A stretch of 34,345 bases of DNA. Source: Alphaproteobacteria bacterium. Its GTDB lineage: Bacteria; Pseudomonadota; Alphaproteobacteria; Rickettsiales; JAFLCR01. Positions 15,458-25,354 of this stretch are shown piece by piece. Location of the stretch: the NCBI GenBank assembly GCA_017302755.1, contig JAFLCR010000001.1, positions 1-34,345 of the forward strand, in the 5' to 3' direction. The notes under the pieces were generated by a model. The model was given only the letters and a program-made list of their open reading frames with translations. It made no database searches and was not told the DNA's origin. How positions within the stretch are numbered: the stretch's first letter is position 1; every line of letters begins with the position of its first letter. A program made the position numbers and the translations under genes.

Positions 15458-17218
15458 ATGAATTCCATTCGCCTGCTCCCTCCCGTCACCGTCAACCGCA
15501 TCGCCGCCGGCGAGGTGATTGAACGGCCCGCTGCTGTCGTGAAAGAGCTAGTGGAGAATGCGCTCGACGCTGGCGCCACCCGCATCGATGTCGCCATAGC
15601 GCAAGGCGGTAAAGCCCAGATTACCGTGAGCGATAACGGCTGCGGCATGGATGCCGAATCGCTAGCGCTTGCCATCCAGCGGCATGCCACGTCCAAACTT
15701 CCGGATGATGATCTCCTCCATGTCCAATGGCTTGGGTTCCGGGGCGAAGCCCTCCCCTCCATCGGGGCCGTCAGCAGGCTTGCCATCACCAGCCGCAAGG
15801 CCGGGGCTGAATCCGCATGGAGCGTTCGCGTCGACGGCGGCGATGTCACTGCGCCCGTTCCGGCCGCTCACGGCCCCGGCACCAGGGTGGAGGTGGCCGA
15901 TTTGTTCTATGCCACCCCCGCCCGCTTGAAATTTCTGAAAAGCGACCGGAGCGAGGCCCTGGCCTGCGAAGATATTGTTCGCCGCCTAGCCATGGCCTAT
16001 CCACAAATCGCGTTTTCCTTCACGCAGGATGGGAAAACACGCCTTTCCCTTCCAGCGATGGGACAGTTGCCGCGGCTTCATGCCCTGCTCGGAAAAGAAT
16101 TCGCTCCAAATGCCATGGGCGTGGAATGGGAGCGTGGCGACCTTCGTATTACCGGCTTTGCGGGGCTTCCGACCTATCATTCCCACAACAGCGCCTCGCA
16201 ATACCTGTTTGTGAACGGGCGCGCCGTGCGCGACCGCCTGCTGCTCGGCGCCATCAAGGGTGCATACATGGACGTATTGGCGCATGACCGCCACCCCATT
16301 CTTGCACTTTTTCTGCATCTGCCTCCGGAAAGCGTTGACGTAAACGTTCATCCCGCCAAAGCCGAAGTACGGTTCAAGGATGTGCAGAGCGTACGGGGCG
16401 CCATCGTGTCTGCAATCAAGGTTGCAATAAGGCAGGAGAGCAGCAAGGCGTCCTCCACGGTGGCCTCAGAAACGATCGCCGCCTTCAGACCTGCCATCTT
16501 TCCTGCGTTTGCGCCAGCCATTGCAAAACCGACGTCCTACATTGCCGAGCGCGCCGCTTCTGGTAGTTGGTTCTCACAATCCACCGCGCCTGCGGTACGG
16601 GCGGAAGCGCCCGCAACGATGGAACCGGAAGAAGCTTCCTTCCCTCTGGGCGCGGCCTGCGCTCAGCTGCACGGCACGTATGTGGTGGCGCAAACGGAAG
16701 AAGGCATTGTGATTGTGGATCAGCATGCCGCCCATGAGCGACTGGTTTATGAGCGCATGAAACAGCACATGGCGCAAGGCGGCGTAGCGCGGCAGGCGCT
16801 GCTGGTGCCGGAAGTCGTCGAACTTGAACCTCATGAATCCGAAGTCCTGCTGGAACAAGCGGGTGAACTAGAGAATCTAGGCCTTGAAATCGAGCCCTTC
16901 GGAGACAATGCCATACTGGTACGCGCCCTGCCCGCCCTGCTTGGCAAAACCGATGTGCAGGGACTTATGCGCTCCCTGGCATCGGATGTTCTGGAATACG
17001 ACCGCACTAGCGCGCTGGAAGCCAAGTTGATGCAGGTTTGCGCCACCATGGCATGTCATGGCAGTGTGCGCGCCGGACGCAATCTTTCCACGCATGAGAT
17101 GAATGCCCTGTTGCGGGAGATGGAAGCCACTCCGCATTCCGGCCAGTGCAATCATGGAAGGCCAACTTATGTGAAATTATCTCTGGCCGATATCGAACGC
17201 CTTTTTGGTAGAAAATGA
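15458..17218 (+). CDS. mutL: DNA mismatch repair protein MutL
   Basis: 586 aa. GHKL ATPase N-terminus (IRLLPPVTVNRIAAGEVIERPAAVVKELVENALDAGAT, DNGCGM, GFRGEAL) and C-terminal dimerisation/endonuclease region (QLHGTYVVAQTEEGIVIVDQHAAHERL, ACHGSVRAG, CNHGRPT). Confidence 0.95.
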   Translation: MNSIRLLPPVTVNRIAAGEVIERPAAVVKELVENALDAGATRIDVAIAQGGKAQITVSDNGCGMDAESLALAIQRHATSKLPDDDLLHVQWLGFRGEALPSIGAVSRLAITSRKAGAESAWSVRVDGGDVTAPVPAAHGPGTRVEVADLFYATPARLKFLKSDRSEALACEDIVRRLAMAYPQIAFSFTQDGKTRLSLPAMGQLPRLHALLGKEFAPNAMGVEWERGDLRITGFAGLPTYHSHNSASQYLFVNGRAVRDRLLLGAIKGAYMDVLAHDRHPILALFLHLPPESVDVNVHPAKAEVRFKDVQSVRGAIVSAIKVAIRQESSKASSTVASETIAAFRPAIFPAFAPAIAKPTSYIAERAASGSWFSQSTAPAVRAEAPATMEPEEASFPLGAACAQLHGTYVVAQTEEGIVIVDQHAAHERLVYERMKQHMAQGGVARQALLVPEVVELEPHESEVLLEQAGELENLGLEIEPFGDNAILVRALPALLGKTDVQGLMRSLASDVLEYDRTSALEAKLMQVCATMACHGSVRAGRNLSTHEMNALLREMEATPHSGQCNHGRPTYVKLSLADIERLFGRK

Positions 17219-17375
17219 GTGCAAAAATTACCACAGACGCATTGCCAGCCTCAATGCTGCGAGCAAGCAAAGCGTTCATGCAATCGGCACTTGCGGCATG
17301 CCGGGGTTTAGAAGACAATCGGAAGAATTATGATTCAATAATTTCCTGCACTTCCTTGCCCGAAAGGATGAGTTG

Positions 17376-18380
17376 ATGACATTGCTGACCATCTCAGGAA
17401 TCGCTCTGCTGCTCAGCTTCGCCGGAACGGCCATTCTACGAAAATGGCTATTGAGGCACGCCGTGGTCGACACCCCGAATGAACGCAGCAATCATTCGGG
17501 TCTTATCCCTCGCGGTGCAGGCATTGCTGTCATTCTCTCCGCTTCTCTGACAACCGCTTGCGCCCTTTTGATTATTCCATTTGCTGATGGTGATGGTGCG
17601 CTTATTTCCACCGCGACCGCCATCGCCCTTGCCGTGATTTTCTTTTTTGAGGATATGCGAGGACTGCCGATTTTGGAACGGGTGATCGTGCAGGCAGCAG
17701 CCATCTGCATAGGCATCTCCTTTCTTCCAGGACCTGTTTTTGGCGGCTTTTTTCAGGGGTGGGTCGATACGCTCCTTGCCGCATTACTGTGGCTTTGGTT
17801 CCTCAATGCCGTGAATTTCATGGACGGGATTGATGGCATCACGGGCGTGGAAACCACCAGCATTGCCTTTGGCATTATCGGGCTGGGGTTTCTGCATGTC
17901 GCCATGCCCGAAGGCTTGACCGCGCTGGCTGCCGCGCTCGCGGGCGCCTCGGTCGGATTTCTTTTCTGGAACTGGCACAAGGCAAAAATCTTTCTGGGCG
18001 ACTCGGGCAGCATTCCTCTCGGTTATCTGCTAGGATACGCCTTGCTCTCACTGGCTTCTTCTGGTGCCTGGGCGGCGGCATTGATTCTACCCGCTTATTA
18101 TTTCGCAGATGCGGGCTTCACGCTTTCCTGCCGCATGCTAAGGGGGGAGAAACCGTGGAAAGCGCATTCGGAACACGCTTATCAATGCGCTGTCAGAAGT
18201 GGAAAGAGTCATGCGCTGGTCAGCACGGAAATCGCAGTTGCCAACGCGCTTCTGGTCGCGCTCGCGACAGCAGTGACAATTCAAAAAATACCGGGCTGGG
18301 TCGGCGTGCTTATTGCCTATGCCCTGGTGTTTGGCTTGATGCGCTGCTTCTATTCTCCGCGCGGATGCGCACGGGAATAG
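17376..18380 (+). CDS. Glycosyltransferase family 4 (MraY/WecA-type polyprenyl-phosphate sugar-1-phosphate transferase)
   Basis: Polytopic membrane protein with NFMDGIDGI and IFLGDSGSIPLGY motifs. ATG at 17376 is 7 nt after AAGGA. The track start at 17373 is TTG. Confidence 0.85.
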   Translation: MTLLTISGIALLLSFAGTAILRKWLLRHAVVDTPNERSNHSGLIPRGAGIAVILSASLTTACALLIIPFADGDGALISTATAIALAVIFFFEDMRGLPILERVIVQAAAICIGISFLPGPVFGGFFQGWVDTLLAALLWLWFLNAVNFMDGIDGITGVETTSIAFGIIGLGFLHVAMPEGLTALAAALAGASVGFLFWNWHKAKIFLGDSGSIPLGYLLGYALLSLASSGAWAAALILPAYYFADAGFTLSCRMLRGEKPWKAHSEHAYQCAVRSGKSHALVSTEIAVANALLVALATAVTIQKIPGWVGVLIAYALVFGLMRCFYSPRGCARE

Positions 18381-19294
18381 CTTTCCATCAGATGAGCACT
18401 ATCCATTTTCGTATAGCGCTGCGTCGTGCTGAGTGATGCATGGCCAAGCAGCTCCTGCAAAGAGCGCAAATCCGCCCCTTCCTGCAGCAGATGCGTGGCA
18501 AAACTGTGCCGGAAAGCATGCGGCGTTGCAGTTTCGGGTAATCCCACTTCCGCCCTCAGATGCCTTAAGCGGCGCTGAAATACTGCTGGATTCAACGCCT
18601 CGCCGCGAATACCAACAAACAAAGGATCTTCCGCGCCGAGCTTGTGCGGGCAGGCATCCACATACGCACTGACCCGCTTGGCGACAATGGGAAGAATCGG
18701 AACCTGACGTTCCTTATTGCCCTTGCCGCGCACGGTCAGAAACGCACCGAAAGGAACATCATCCTGCATCAGCCCCAGTGCCTCACCGATGCGCAGGCCG
18801 GCGCCGTAAAGAAGCGTAAGCAAAGCGATGTCGCGCATTCCCACCCATGCTTCGTTTTCCCCGTTATCCATGCCATCGAGCGCCACTGCCGCCTGCTCGC
18901 CGGAAAGCGCTCTGGGAAGGGATTTCGGAAGGCGCGGGCTGCGAAGCTGGCCGATGGCGGCATTGGCCACGCCATAGTGCTTTTCCAGAAATTTATAAAA
19001 ATGACGCACCGAGGAAAGTGCGCGCGCCGTGGATGACGGTGCCAGCTTGGCGGCGTGGCGCCCAGCCAGCCAGGCGCGGAAATCCCGCAGTCTCATCTCC
19101 TGCAATCCGGCCATCTCCGGCGCGCCGCCACGATGCGCGGCCACGAAGCGCAGGAAATAATCCAGGTCGGTCGCATAGGCCAGAAGCGTGTTCGGCGATC
19201 TCCCTTTTTCCGCTTCCAGGTAACGCTGCCATTCGGCAATCGCCTCGCGCAGCGCATCCGCGGCCAGTGCGAAACCCTGGTGCTCTACAGACAT
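18350..19294 (-). CDS. xerC: Tyrosine recombinase XerC
   Basis: 314 aa. N-terminal SAM-like domain, catalytic region (GLRIGEAL, HAFRHSFATHLL, LLGHASLSTTQRYT). Called XerC rather than XerD because a DUF484 gene sits immediately upstream, which is the conserved xerC context. Confidence 0.88.
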   Translation of the reverse strand: MSVEHQGFALAADALREAIAEWQRYLEAEKGRSPNTLLAYATDLDYFLRFVAAHRGGAPEMAGLQEMRLRDFRAWLAGRHAAKLAPSSTARALSSVRHFYKFLEKHYGVANAAIGQLRSPRLPKSLPRALSGEQAAVALDGMDNGENEAWVGMRDIALLTLLYGAGLRIGEALGLMQDDVPFGAFLTVRGKGNKERQVPILPIVAKRVSAYVDACPHKLGAEDPLFVGIRGEALNPAVFQRRLRHLRAEVGLPETATPHAFRHSFATHLLQEGADLRSLQELLGHASLSTTQRYTKMDSAHLMESYSRAHPRGE

Positions 19295-19986
19295 TTCTCA
19301 AGCGTCAGCGCCACCACCCGGCCCAGAAAGCGCAGCAGCTCCGTGCCCTGGGAAGGGTGGAAGTGTTCGGGATCGCGCGTGCCGAAAGCCAACATGCCGC
19401 GAATACTCTCTCCGCTCTTCAGCACCGCATCGATGCGAATCAGCGCCGCGGATTCGATTCGTTCCGCCTGGTCGAGAAACACGCCTTCCAGCCCCCCTAC
19501 TTGGGGAAGCAGCACAACCTCTTCTCCGGCGCCCATCAGCACATTGACGGCACCGTCAGGCAGGCCGACGATATCCTGATTCAGCGGCAACCCGGGAACG
19601 TTCTCCAGGCAAAGCGCCACGGCGTCGAGCTGAAAACCGCTGGTGAATTCGCACAGCATCACGCCGTGCAATTCCTCCAGGCTCGCGCAGGGAATCACCG
19701 CCAGAACGGCATCGTACATCTGCATCTGCGCCGAAAGATTGTCCCGGCTCGAGAGAATCACCTGCTCGTTCAACCGGCGCACCACGCTAAGCTGATCCTT
19801 CAGCCTTTTAAGAAGGTAAAGCTGCATGTCGAGCACGCCATCGCCGCGTTTTTGCGGCGGGGGCACCAGAAGTTCGATCGCTTCCGGATGTTTTTCCAGA
19901 AAGTCGGGGTTAAGGCGCAAGAAGTCCAGCACCTGCTCTGGCGTCATCGTCCTGGCCTCGGGCGCTTCGTCCATGACCTCACTCAT
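19285..19986 (-). CDS. DUF484 (YigA-like, GAF-fold) protein
   Basis: 233 aa. N-terminus [17 protein letters not shown] is typical of DUF484. Its start overlaps the fsa/tal stop (ATGA) and its last 10 nt overlap the xerC start. Confidence 0.82.
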   Translation of the reverse strand: MSEVMDEAPEARTMTPEQVLDFLRLNPDFLEKHPEAIELLVPPPQKRGDGVLDMQLYLLKRLKDQLSVVRRLNEQVILSSRDNLSAQMQMYDAVLAVIPCASLEELHGVMLCEFTSGFQLDAVALCLENVPGLPLNQDIVGLPDGAVNVLMGAGEEVVLLPQVGGLEGVFLDQAERIESAALIRIDAVLKSGESIRGMLAFGTRDPEHFHPSQGTELLRFLGRVVALTLEKCL

Positions 19987-20639
19987 AGGATTTTCTGCCC
20001 GGTTTTCTCCCAGTCCTTCAGGAATTGCGCCAGACCTTTATCGGTCAAGGGATGCTGGAAAAGCTGGCGAATCACCGAAGGAGGAAGCGTGGCCACATGC
20101 GCGCCCATCTTTGCCGCGTCCACGACGTGCATGGGGTGGCGCACCGACGCCACCAGCACTTCGGTTCGGAAAGCGTCATATTGGTTATAAATCTGACAGA
20201 TGTCGGCGATCAGCCCCATGCCGTCCTGCCCCACGTCGTCGAGCCTTCCCACGAACGGCGAGACGAACGTCGCCCCGGCCTTGGCGGCAAGAATGGCCTG
20301 CGCCGCGGAGAAGCACAGCGTCACATTGACCATGATGCCTTCACTGGTCAGCGCCTTGCAGGCCTTGAGGCCTTCAGGGGTAAGGGGAAGTTTAACCGTC
20401 ACATTTTCTGCAATCTTGCGCAGCTTCTTGCCTTCGGCAATCATCGCGGCCGCTTCGGTCGCCACCACCTCGGCGCTGACGGGGCCGGGCACGATTTTGC
20501 AGATTTCCGCAATCACCTCGAGAAAATCGCGGCCGGACTTGGCCACCAGCGTGGGGTTGGTGGTCACGCCGTCAAGCATGCCGCTCGCCGCCAGTTCGCG
20601 AATTTCGTTCACATCGGCGGTATCAACAAAGAATTTCAT
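19983..20639 (-). CDS. fsa: Short-type transaldolase / fructose-6-phosphate aldolase family protein
   Basis: 218 aa: [16 protein letters not shown]..., GVTTNPTL, active-site context VKLP, and [11 protein letters not shown]. These are characteristic of the TalC/Fsa subfamily. Confidence 0.9.
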   Translation of the reverse strand: MKFFVDTADVNEIRELAASGMLDGVTTNPTLVAKSGRDFLEVIAEICKIVPGPVSAEVVATEAAAMIAEGKKLRKIAENVTVKLPLTPEGLKACKALTSEGIMVNVTLCFSAAQAILAAKAGATFVSPFVGRLDDVGQDGMGLIADICQIYNQYDAFRTEVLVASVRHPMHVVDAAKMGAHVATLPPSVIRQLFQHPLTDKGLAQFLKDWEKTGQKIL

Positions 20640-20749
20640 GAATTTAGAGCCTCACTTGCATAGGATGGCAAAGAACCTACTACGCCGCTTTGGAAATGTC
20701 ATCATGGCGGTGCTGGCTTCCGGCAGCCGCAGGCGCTAATCTTAGGCGC

Positions 20750-22756
20750 ATGCCGCCCCGTGTTGCCCTTATGCTGCCTCTCGCCCACCCCGCCGGAAAC
20801 CCTGACGGCTTGTGGGATTATGCCTGGCCATTCGAAAGCTTCCCCCAGCCCGGCCAGCTGGTGCGTGCGCCGTTCGGCCGGCGCGAGGTGACAGGCTTCG
20901 TCTGCGGCGAAGGAACGGGGGATGTGCCGGAGGATAAAATCCGCCCCATCACCTCACCGCTGGACACCCCCCCCCTGCCGGATGCCCACCGACGCTTTCT
21001 GCTGCGCGCCGCACAATACACGCTGCAGCCTGCGGGCGCGTTTCTCAAAATGTCGCTGCCGCCCGACAGCGCCTTGCGCGCCAATGCCCGCACCAAAAAG
21101 GAGTCGCCGCCAATTCAGGATGTATCGCATCTGCCACCGCTGGCGAAGCTATCTCCCTCACAGAGCGATGCGGCAATGGCGTTGACCACTTCCGTAGCTG
21201 AGCAAACATTCTCCGTAACCGTGCTGGACGGCGTGACCGGTTCGGGAAAAACGGAAGTCTATTTCGCCGCGATCCGCGAAGCGCTCTCGCGAGGGCTTCA
21301 AGCGCTGGTGCTACTTCCAGAAATCGCATTGGCGACGCAGTGGCATGCGCGCTTTGCCGAACGCTTCGGCTTCGTTCCCGCCACCTGGCATTCGAGCGTT
21401 TCGGAGCGTGAGCGTCGCCTTACCTGGAAAGGCGTGGCCACAGGCTCGCTGAAGCTGGTGGTCGGCGCCCGTTCGGCGCTGTTTCTGCCGTTTCAGAACC
21501 TCGGCGTCATCGTGGTCGATGAAGAACATGAGCCAAGCTATAAACAAGAAGAAGGCATCATCTACCACGCCCGCGATCTGGCCGTGCTGCGCGCGCATGC
21601 GGGCGAAATTCCCATCGTGCTCGCTTCCGCCACACCGTCACTTGAAACCGTGGCGAATATCCGCAGCGGCCGCTACCGCGCACTGCATCTGCCCACACGG
21701 CACGGCCACGCGAACCCTCCCGTCATTCAGGCGATTGATCTCAAGGCAACCCCACCGCCCAAGCAGTCCTGGCTGTCGCCGCCGCTGCGCGAGGCACTGG
21801 CGCAGACCTTTACGCAAAGCCAGCAGGCCATGCTGTTCCTGAACCGCCGCGGTTACGCACCCCTCATGCTCTGCCGCGCCTGCGGCCATCGCCTCGCCTG
21901 CCCAGATTGCGACAGCACACTCGTTTACCATGCAGCACGCAAACACGAATCTCTCCACTGCCATCATTGCGGTTATCATGCGCCGCCTCCCACCCTATGC
22001 CCCGAATGCGGCGCTGAAGATCAGTTCACGCTTTGCGGCCCCGGCGTCGAGCGTGTCGCGGAAGAAGCAGCCTCGCTTTTTCCCCAGGCCCGCATGGCGC
22101 TCATGACGAGCGACCACGCCGCGGATCCTGCCACACTCGCCGACATGGTGCGGCGCATGGAAAAAGGCGAGCTGGACTTACTGATAGGCACCCAGATGAT
22201 GGCAAAGGGCCACCACTTTCCAAGGCTGACGCTAGTGGGAGTCGTCGATGCCGATCTCGGGCTTCAGGGTGGCGATCTGCGCGCCTCGGAGCGGATTTTC
22301 CAGATGCTGTTCCAGGTCGCGGGACGTGCGGGACGCGAAGATCTTCCAGGAAAGGTTCTGCTGCAAACGCATACACCGGAGCACCCCGTCATGCAGGCGC
22401 TGGTGGAGCAAAACCGGGACCGTTTCATGGATCTCGAGTTGGCTTTCCGCAAACACAGCGGGATGCCGCCCTATACGCGCCTTGCCTCACTGCTCGTTAC
22501 CTCGCTCAGTGAGGAGGAGGCGCATCGCACCGCGATGCTCCTAGCTAAAAAAGCACCCCAGATAACGGATTTCCAGGTGCTCGGTCCCTCACCCGCGCCC
22601 ATCCGGATTCTGCGCAAGCGTCACCGTTACCGCCTGCTGATCAAGGCTGAAAAAACCTTGCCGCTTTCCAAGATACTGCGTGACTGGCTGACCTCGGTCA
22701 CGATACCTTCATCTGTCAGATTGAAAGTGGATATCGACCCGTACAATTTCCTATGA
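20750..22756 (+). CDS. priA: Primosomal protein N' (replication restart helicase PriA)
   Basis: The track ORF starts at 20690. ATG at 20750 (MPPRVALMLPLAHP...) is preferred. Walker A GVTGSGKTEVY, DEEH box, Cys-rich Zn region (CRACGHRLACPDCDSTLVYH...CHHCGY...CPECG). Confidence 0.92.
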   Translation: MPPRVALMLPLAHPAGNPDGLWDYAWPFESFPQPGQLVRAPFGRREVTGFVCGEGTGDVPEDKIRPITSPLDTPPLPDAHRRFLLRAAQYTLQPAGAFLKMSLPPDSALRANARTKKESPPIQDVSHLPPLAKLSPSQSDAAMALTTSVAEQTFSVTVLDGVTGSGKTEVYFAAIREALSRGLQALVLLPEIALATQWHARFAERFGFVPATWHSSVSERERRLTWKGVATGSLKLVVGARSALFLPFQNLGVIVVDEEHEPSYKQEEGIIYHARDLAVLRAHAGEIPIVLASATPSLETVANIRSGRYRALHLPTRHGHANPPVIQAIDLKATPPPKQSWLSPPLREALAQTFTQSQQAMLFLNRRGYAPLMLCRACGHRLACPDCDSTLVYHAARKHESLHCHHCGYHAPPPTLCPECGAEDQFTLCGPGVERVAEEAASLFPQARMALMTSDHAADPATLADMVRRMEKGELDLLIGTQMMAKGHHFPRLTLVGVVDADLGLQGGDLRASERIFQMLFQVAGRAGREDLPGKVLLQTHTPEHPVMQALVEQNRDRFMDLELAFRKHSGMPPYTRLASLLVTSLSEEEAHRTAMLLAKKAPQITDFQVLGPSPAPIRILRKRHRYRLLIKAEKTLPLSKILRDWLTSVTIPSSVRLKVDIDPYNFL

Positions 22757-24559
22757 ACGACTTTCCGGAAGCATACCGCCGCTCTGCATGCGCCAAAGCT
22801 CTGCAAAGTGACCTTCTCTTTCCAGCAGTTCTTTTTGCGTGCCATCCTCAATGATTCTCCCCTGGTGAAACATCAGAATGCGGTCCATAGCCCGAAGCGT
22901 GGAAAGCCGATGCGCGATCACGACCGTGGTGGCATGGGCCATGAGATTCTCCAGGCTCTCCTGCAGGTATTTCTCGGTCATCGAATCCAATGCTGACGTT
23001 GCTTCATCCAAAACCAGGATTTTTGCGTTCTTGAGAATGGCACGGGCAATGGCAATGCGCTGGCGCTGGCCGCCTGAAAGCTTGATGCCGCGCTCTCCTA
23101 CCAATGCCTGATAGCCTTCCGGCAAGGCTTCGATGAATTCATGCGCATGCGCTTTCTTCGCGGCGGCAATTACTTCTTCATCCGCCGCCTCCAGATGACC
23201 GTAGCGGATGTTCTCCATCAGGCTGCGGTGAAAGAGCTGCGTATCCTGCGGAATGACGGCAATCTGCGCGCGAAGGCTCTCCTGTTGCACACCGGCGATG
23301 TCCTGCCCGTCAATCAGGATGCGTCCCGAAGCAATATCAAAATGTCGCATCAGCATGTGCGTGAACGTGGTTTTGCCGGAGCCGGAATATCCCACCAGCC
23401 CTACTTTCTGCCCTGCAGGAATCACCAGATTCATTTCCTCAAAGAGATTGCTGTTGCGCTGATAACGGAAAGTGACGTGATCAAACACGACCTCTCCCCG
23501 CGAAATGACAAGCGCCGGCGCTTCCGGCATGTCCACCACGCCCCACGGCACGCTCACCACCTGCAACGCCTCAGCGCAGACGCCAAGCTCCTCGAACAGC
23601 ATGATGAGCTGGTTCGCCACCCACCATGACATGCCAAGCGTCAGCATCACGATGCCGCTGATAAGCGCGAAATCTCCGACTGTCACCCATTCCCGTTTCC
23701 ACCCCTCCAGCAGCAATACCAGCATCGCCGCCACCAGCAGCACGGCAATGACGGAAAAAAACATGCGGAGTTTTTCCACATAACCCTTGGCCGAACGGTA
23801 GCTTGCCACTTCCGTATCCTGGAATCCCCTGAGATGCTCTCCCTCGTGCCGGTGCCGGGCGAATAGTCGCACCGTGGTGCTGTTGCTGATGCTGTCCACG
23901 ATCGTGCCGCGCAGTGCCGTCATGTCTTCGGAATGCTGCATCGAAAGATGCTGGCAGCGTTTCGCCATCACCAGCGATACGCCGAGGAACACCGCGACCC
24001 ATGCCGTCAACACTGCCGCGAAAGAAGCATGCACCGTCCATACCGCCATGATCGAGAGCATGAATGCAACGAAAATGGGAACGAACTCCACGATTACAAG
24101 ATTGACGATGTTCTGAGAGCTTCTAGCCATCTCTGTCACGCGACCGCCGAGTGACCCTGCGAAATGCCCCTGGAAATACGCATAACTATGTCGCTGCAGG
24201 TGATCGAACATCGCTTTTCGTATCTGCGCCTGCAGCCGCGAGAAGGCATACACCCCGATCCAGCCCTGGATGCGCATGGCCGCCTCCATCATGAGGCGCA
24301 ACGCAATGGCGGCTCCGAGCGGCCACGCCACGACCGAAAAAATAGAAGCGCGGTCGCCCTGGTGATCCGCCACGCGGTCGATGATCATTTTAAGGAAATA
24401 CGGCGCCGCCACTTCGTTCACCGACCAAAATAGCGCCAGCGCCGTCATGGAAAGAAAAGCAAAAGGCTGTGCTTTCAAGAAACGGGCGAAGAACGCCGGA
24501 AGCGTCGCGGGTAAAGGCATGGGGAAAACGGTGATGATTGCGTCTCGTGCATGTAGCAT
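22751..24559 (-). CDS. ABC exporter, fused permease/ATP-binding protein (MsbA/multidrug-type)
   Basis: 602 aa. N-terminal 6-TM ABC exporter domain, then Walker A GYSGSGKTT, signature LSGGQRQR, Walker B ILVLDEATSALD. An alternative start at 24520 is possible. Confidence 0.88.
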   Translation of the reverse strand: MLHARDAIITVFPMPLPATLPAFFARFLKAQPFAFLSMTALALFWSVNEVAAPYFLKMIIDRVADHQGDRASIFSVVAWPLGAAIALRLMMEAAMRIQGWIGVYAFSRLQAQIRKAMFDHLQRHSYAYFQGHFAGSLGGRVTEMARSSQNIVNLVIVEFVPIFVAFMLSIMAVWTVHASFAAVLTAWVAVFLGVSLVMAKRCQHLSMQHSEDMTALRGTIVDSISNSTTVRLFARHRHEGEHLRGFQDTEVASYRSAKGYVEKLRMFFSVIAVLLVAAMLVLLLEGWKREWVTVGDFALISGIVMLTLGMSWWVANQLIMLFEELGVCAEALQVVSVPWGVVDMPEAPALVISRGEVVFDHVTFRYQRNSNLFEEMNLVIPAGQKVGLVGYSGSGKTTFTHMLMRHFDIASGRILIDGQDIAGVQQESLRAQIAVIPQDTQLFHRSLMENIRYGHLEAADEEVIAAAKKAHAHEFIEALPEGYQALVGERGIKLSGGQRQRIAIARAILKNAKILVLDEATSALDSMTEKYLQESLENLMAHATTVVIAHRLSTLRAMDRILMFHQGRIIEDGTQKELLEREGHFAELWRMQSGGMLPESRS

Positions 24560-24595
24560 ATAGTTTCTGCCTCATCCTGGAAAAAATATCGTCTT

Positions 24596-25354
24596 ATGCT
24601 TCATTTTCGCGCTTTCATCTTTTATCTGCTGTTCTACGGATGGACGCTGGTGCTCGGCCTGTTAGGACTTCCGCTGCTTCTGTTACCAGGCATCTGGGCT
24701 CAGCACCTGGCACGGTTCTGGCTTCTGGGTGGACTGTTGCTGCTGCGGTTTTTCTGCGGTGTCACCCATAAAGTGACGGGTCGCGAGCATATTCCCTCCA
24801 CACCTTGCATTTTTGCTGCAAAACACCAATCGGCATGGGAAACCATGGCGCTTTTTGTGCTGCTTCCACAGGCCAGTCCCAGCCCCGTCTTCGTGCTGAA
24901 ACGCGAATTGCTGAACCTTCCCTTCGTCGGTTGGTATATGCAGAAGGCCGGCATGATCGCCATCGATCGCTCGGCGGGGGTGGCCGCCCTCAAAAACATG
25001 ATGGAACAGGCGAAAGCACGACTGCTTGAGGGAAGAAGCCTGATCATCTTTCCTGAAGGCACTCGCGCGGCGGTGGGCGCGCCGCCGTCTTACAAACCTG
25101 GCATTGCAGCGCTTTATAAGGAATGCCGCGTTCCGGTTGTTCCCGTGGCGCTTAATTCAGGACTTTTCTGGGGAAAAAATGCTTTCGCCAAGAACCCAGG
25201 AACCATCACCCTAGCGTTTCTTCCGCCGCTGTCACCCGATTTGTCGAAGCCGCAAGTCATCGAAGCACTTGTTCAGACAATCGAGCCGGCCACGGAGGCT
25301 TTGCTGCGCGAGGCTCAGGTGAGCCGTCCATCCTCCAGCCGAAGCACGGGATAA
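24596..25354 (+). CDS. plsC: 1-acyl-sn-glycerol-3-phosphate (lysophospholipid) acyltransferase family protein
   Basis: 252 aa. N-terminal TM segments, acyltransferase block I variant KHQSAWET, block III FPEGTR, block IV VPVVPVAL. Confidence 0.85.
   Translation: MLHFRAFIFYLLFYGWTLVLGLLGLPLLLLPGIWAQHLARFWLLGGLLLLRFFCGVTHKVTGREHIPSTPCIFAAKHQSAWETMALFVLLPQASPSPVFVLKRELLNLPFVGWYMQKAGMIAIDRSAGVAALKNMMEQAKARLLEGRSLIIFPEGTRAAVGAPPSYKPGIAALYKECRVPVVPVALNSGLFWGKNAFAKNPGTITLAFLPPLSPDLSKPQVIEALVQTIEPATEALLREAQVSRPSSSRSTG

Noticed and set aside
15972-15990. DnaA-box-like CTATCCACA inside mutL, and GTTC-N6-GTTC near 12738 resembling an alphaproteobacterial LexA box
   Set aside because: Both are single, intragenic and imperfect. 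The DnaA-like box matches 8 of 9 positions, and the LexA-like repeat has spacing 6 where the consensus needs 7. Neither has supporting context.
18350-19294. Tyrosine recombinase as a marker of an integrated mobile element or island near the tRNA genes
   Set aside because: Its operon context (DUF484 upstream) and its motifs fit housekeeping XerC. It lies 5 kb from tRNA-Thr with core genes (dcd, mutL) in between. I saw no direct repeat of the tRNA 3' end, no excisionase, and no phage or conjugation genes.
18847-20190. 447-aa plus-strand ORF running antisense across xerC, DUF484 and fsa/tal
   Set aside because: The product is Arg/Pro/Ala/His-rich low-complexity sequence with no motifs. All three minus-strand genes it overlaps have clear family signatures. 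Long stop-free antisense frames are expected in GC-biased coding DNA because codons complementary to stops are rare. There is no SD or promoter.
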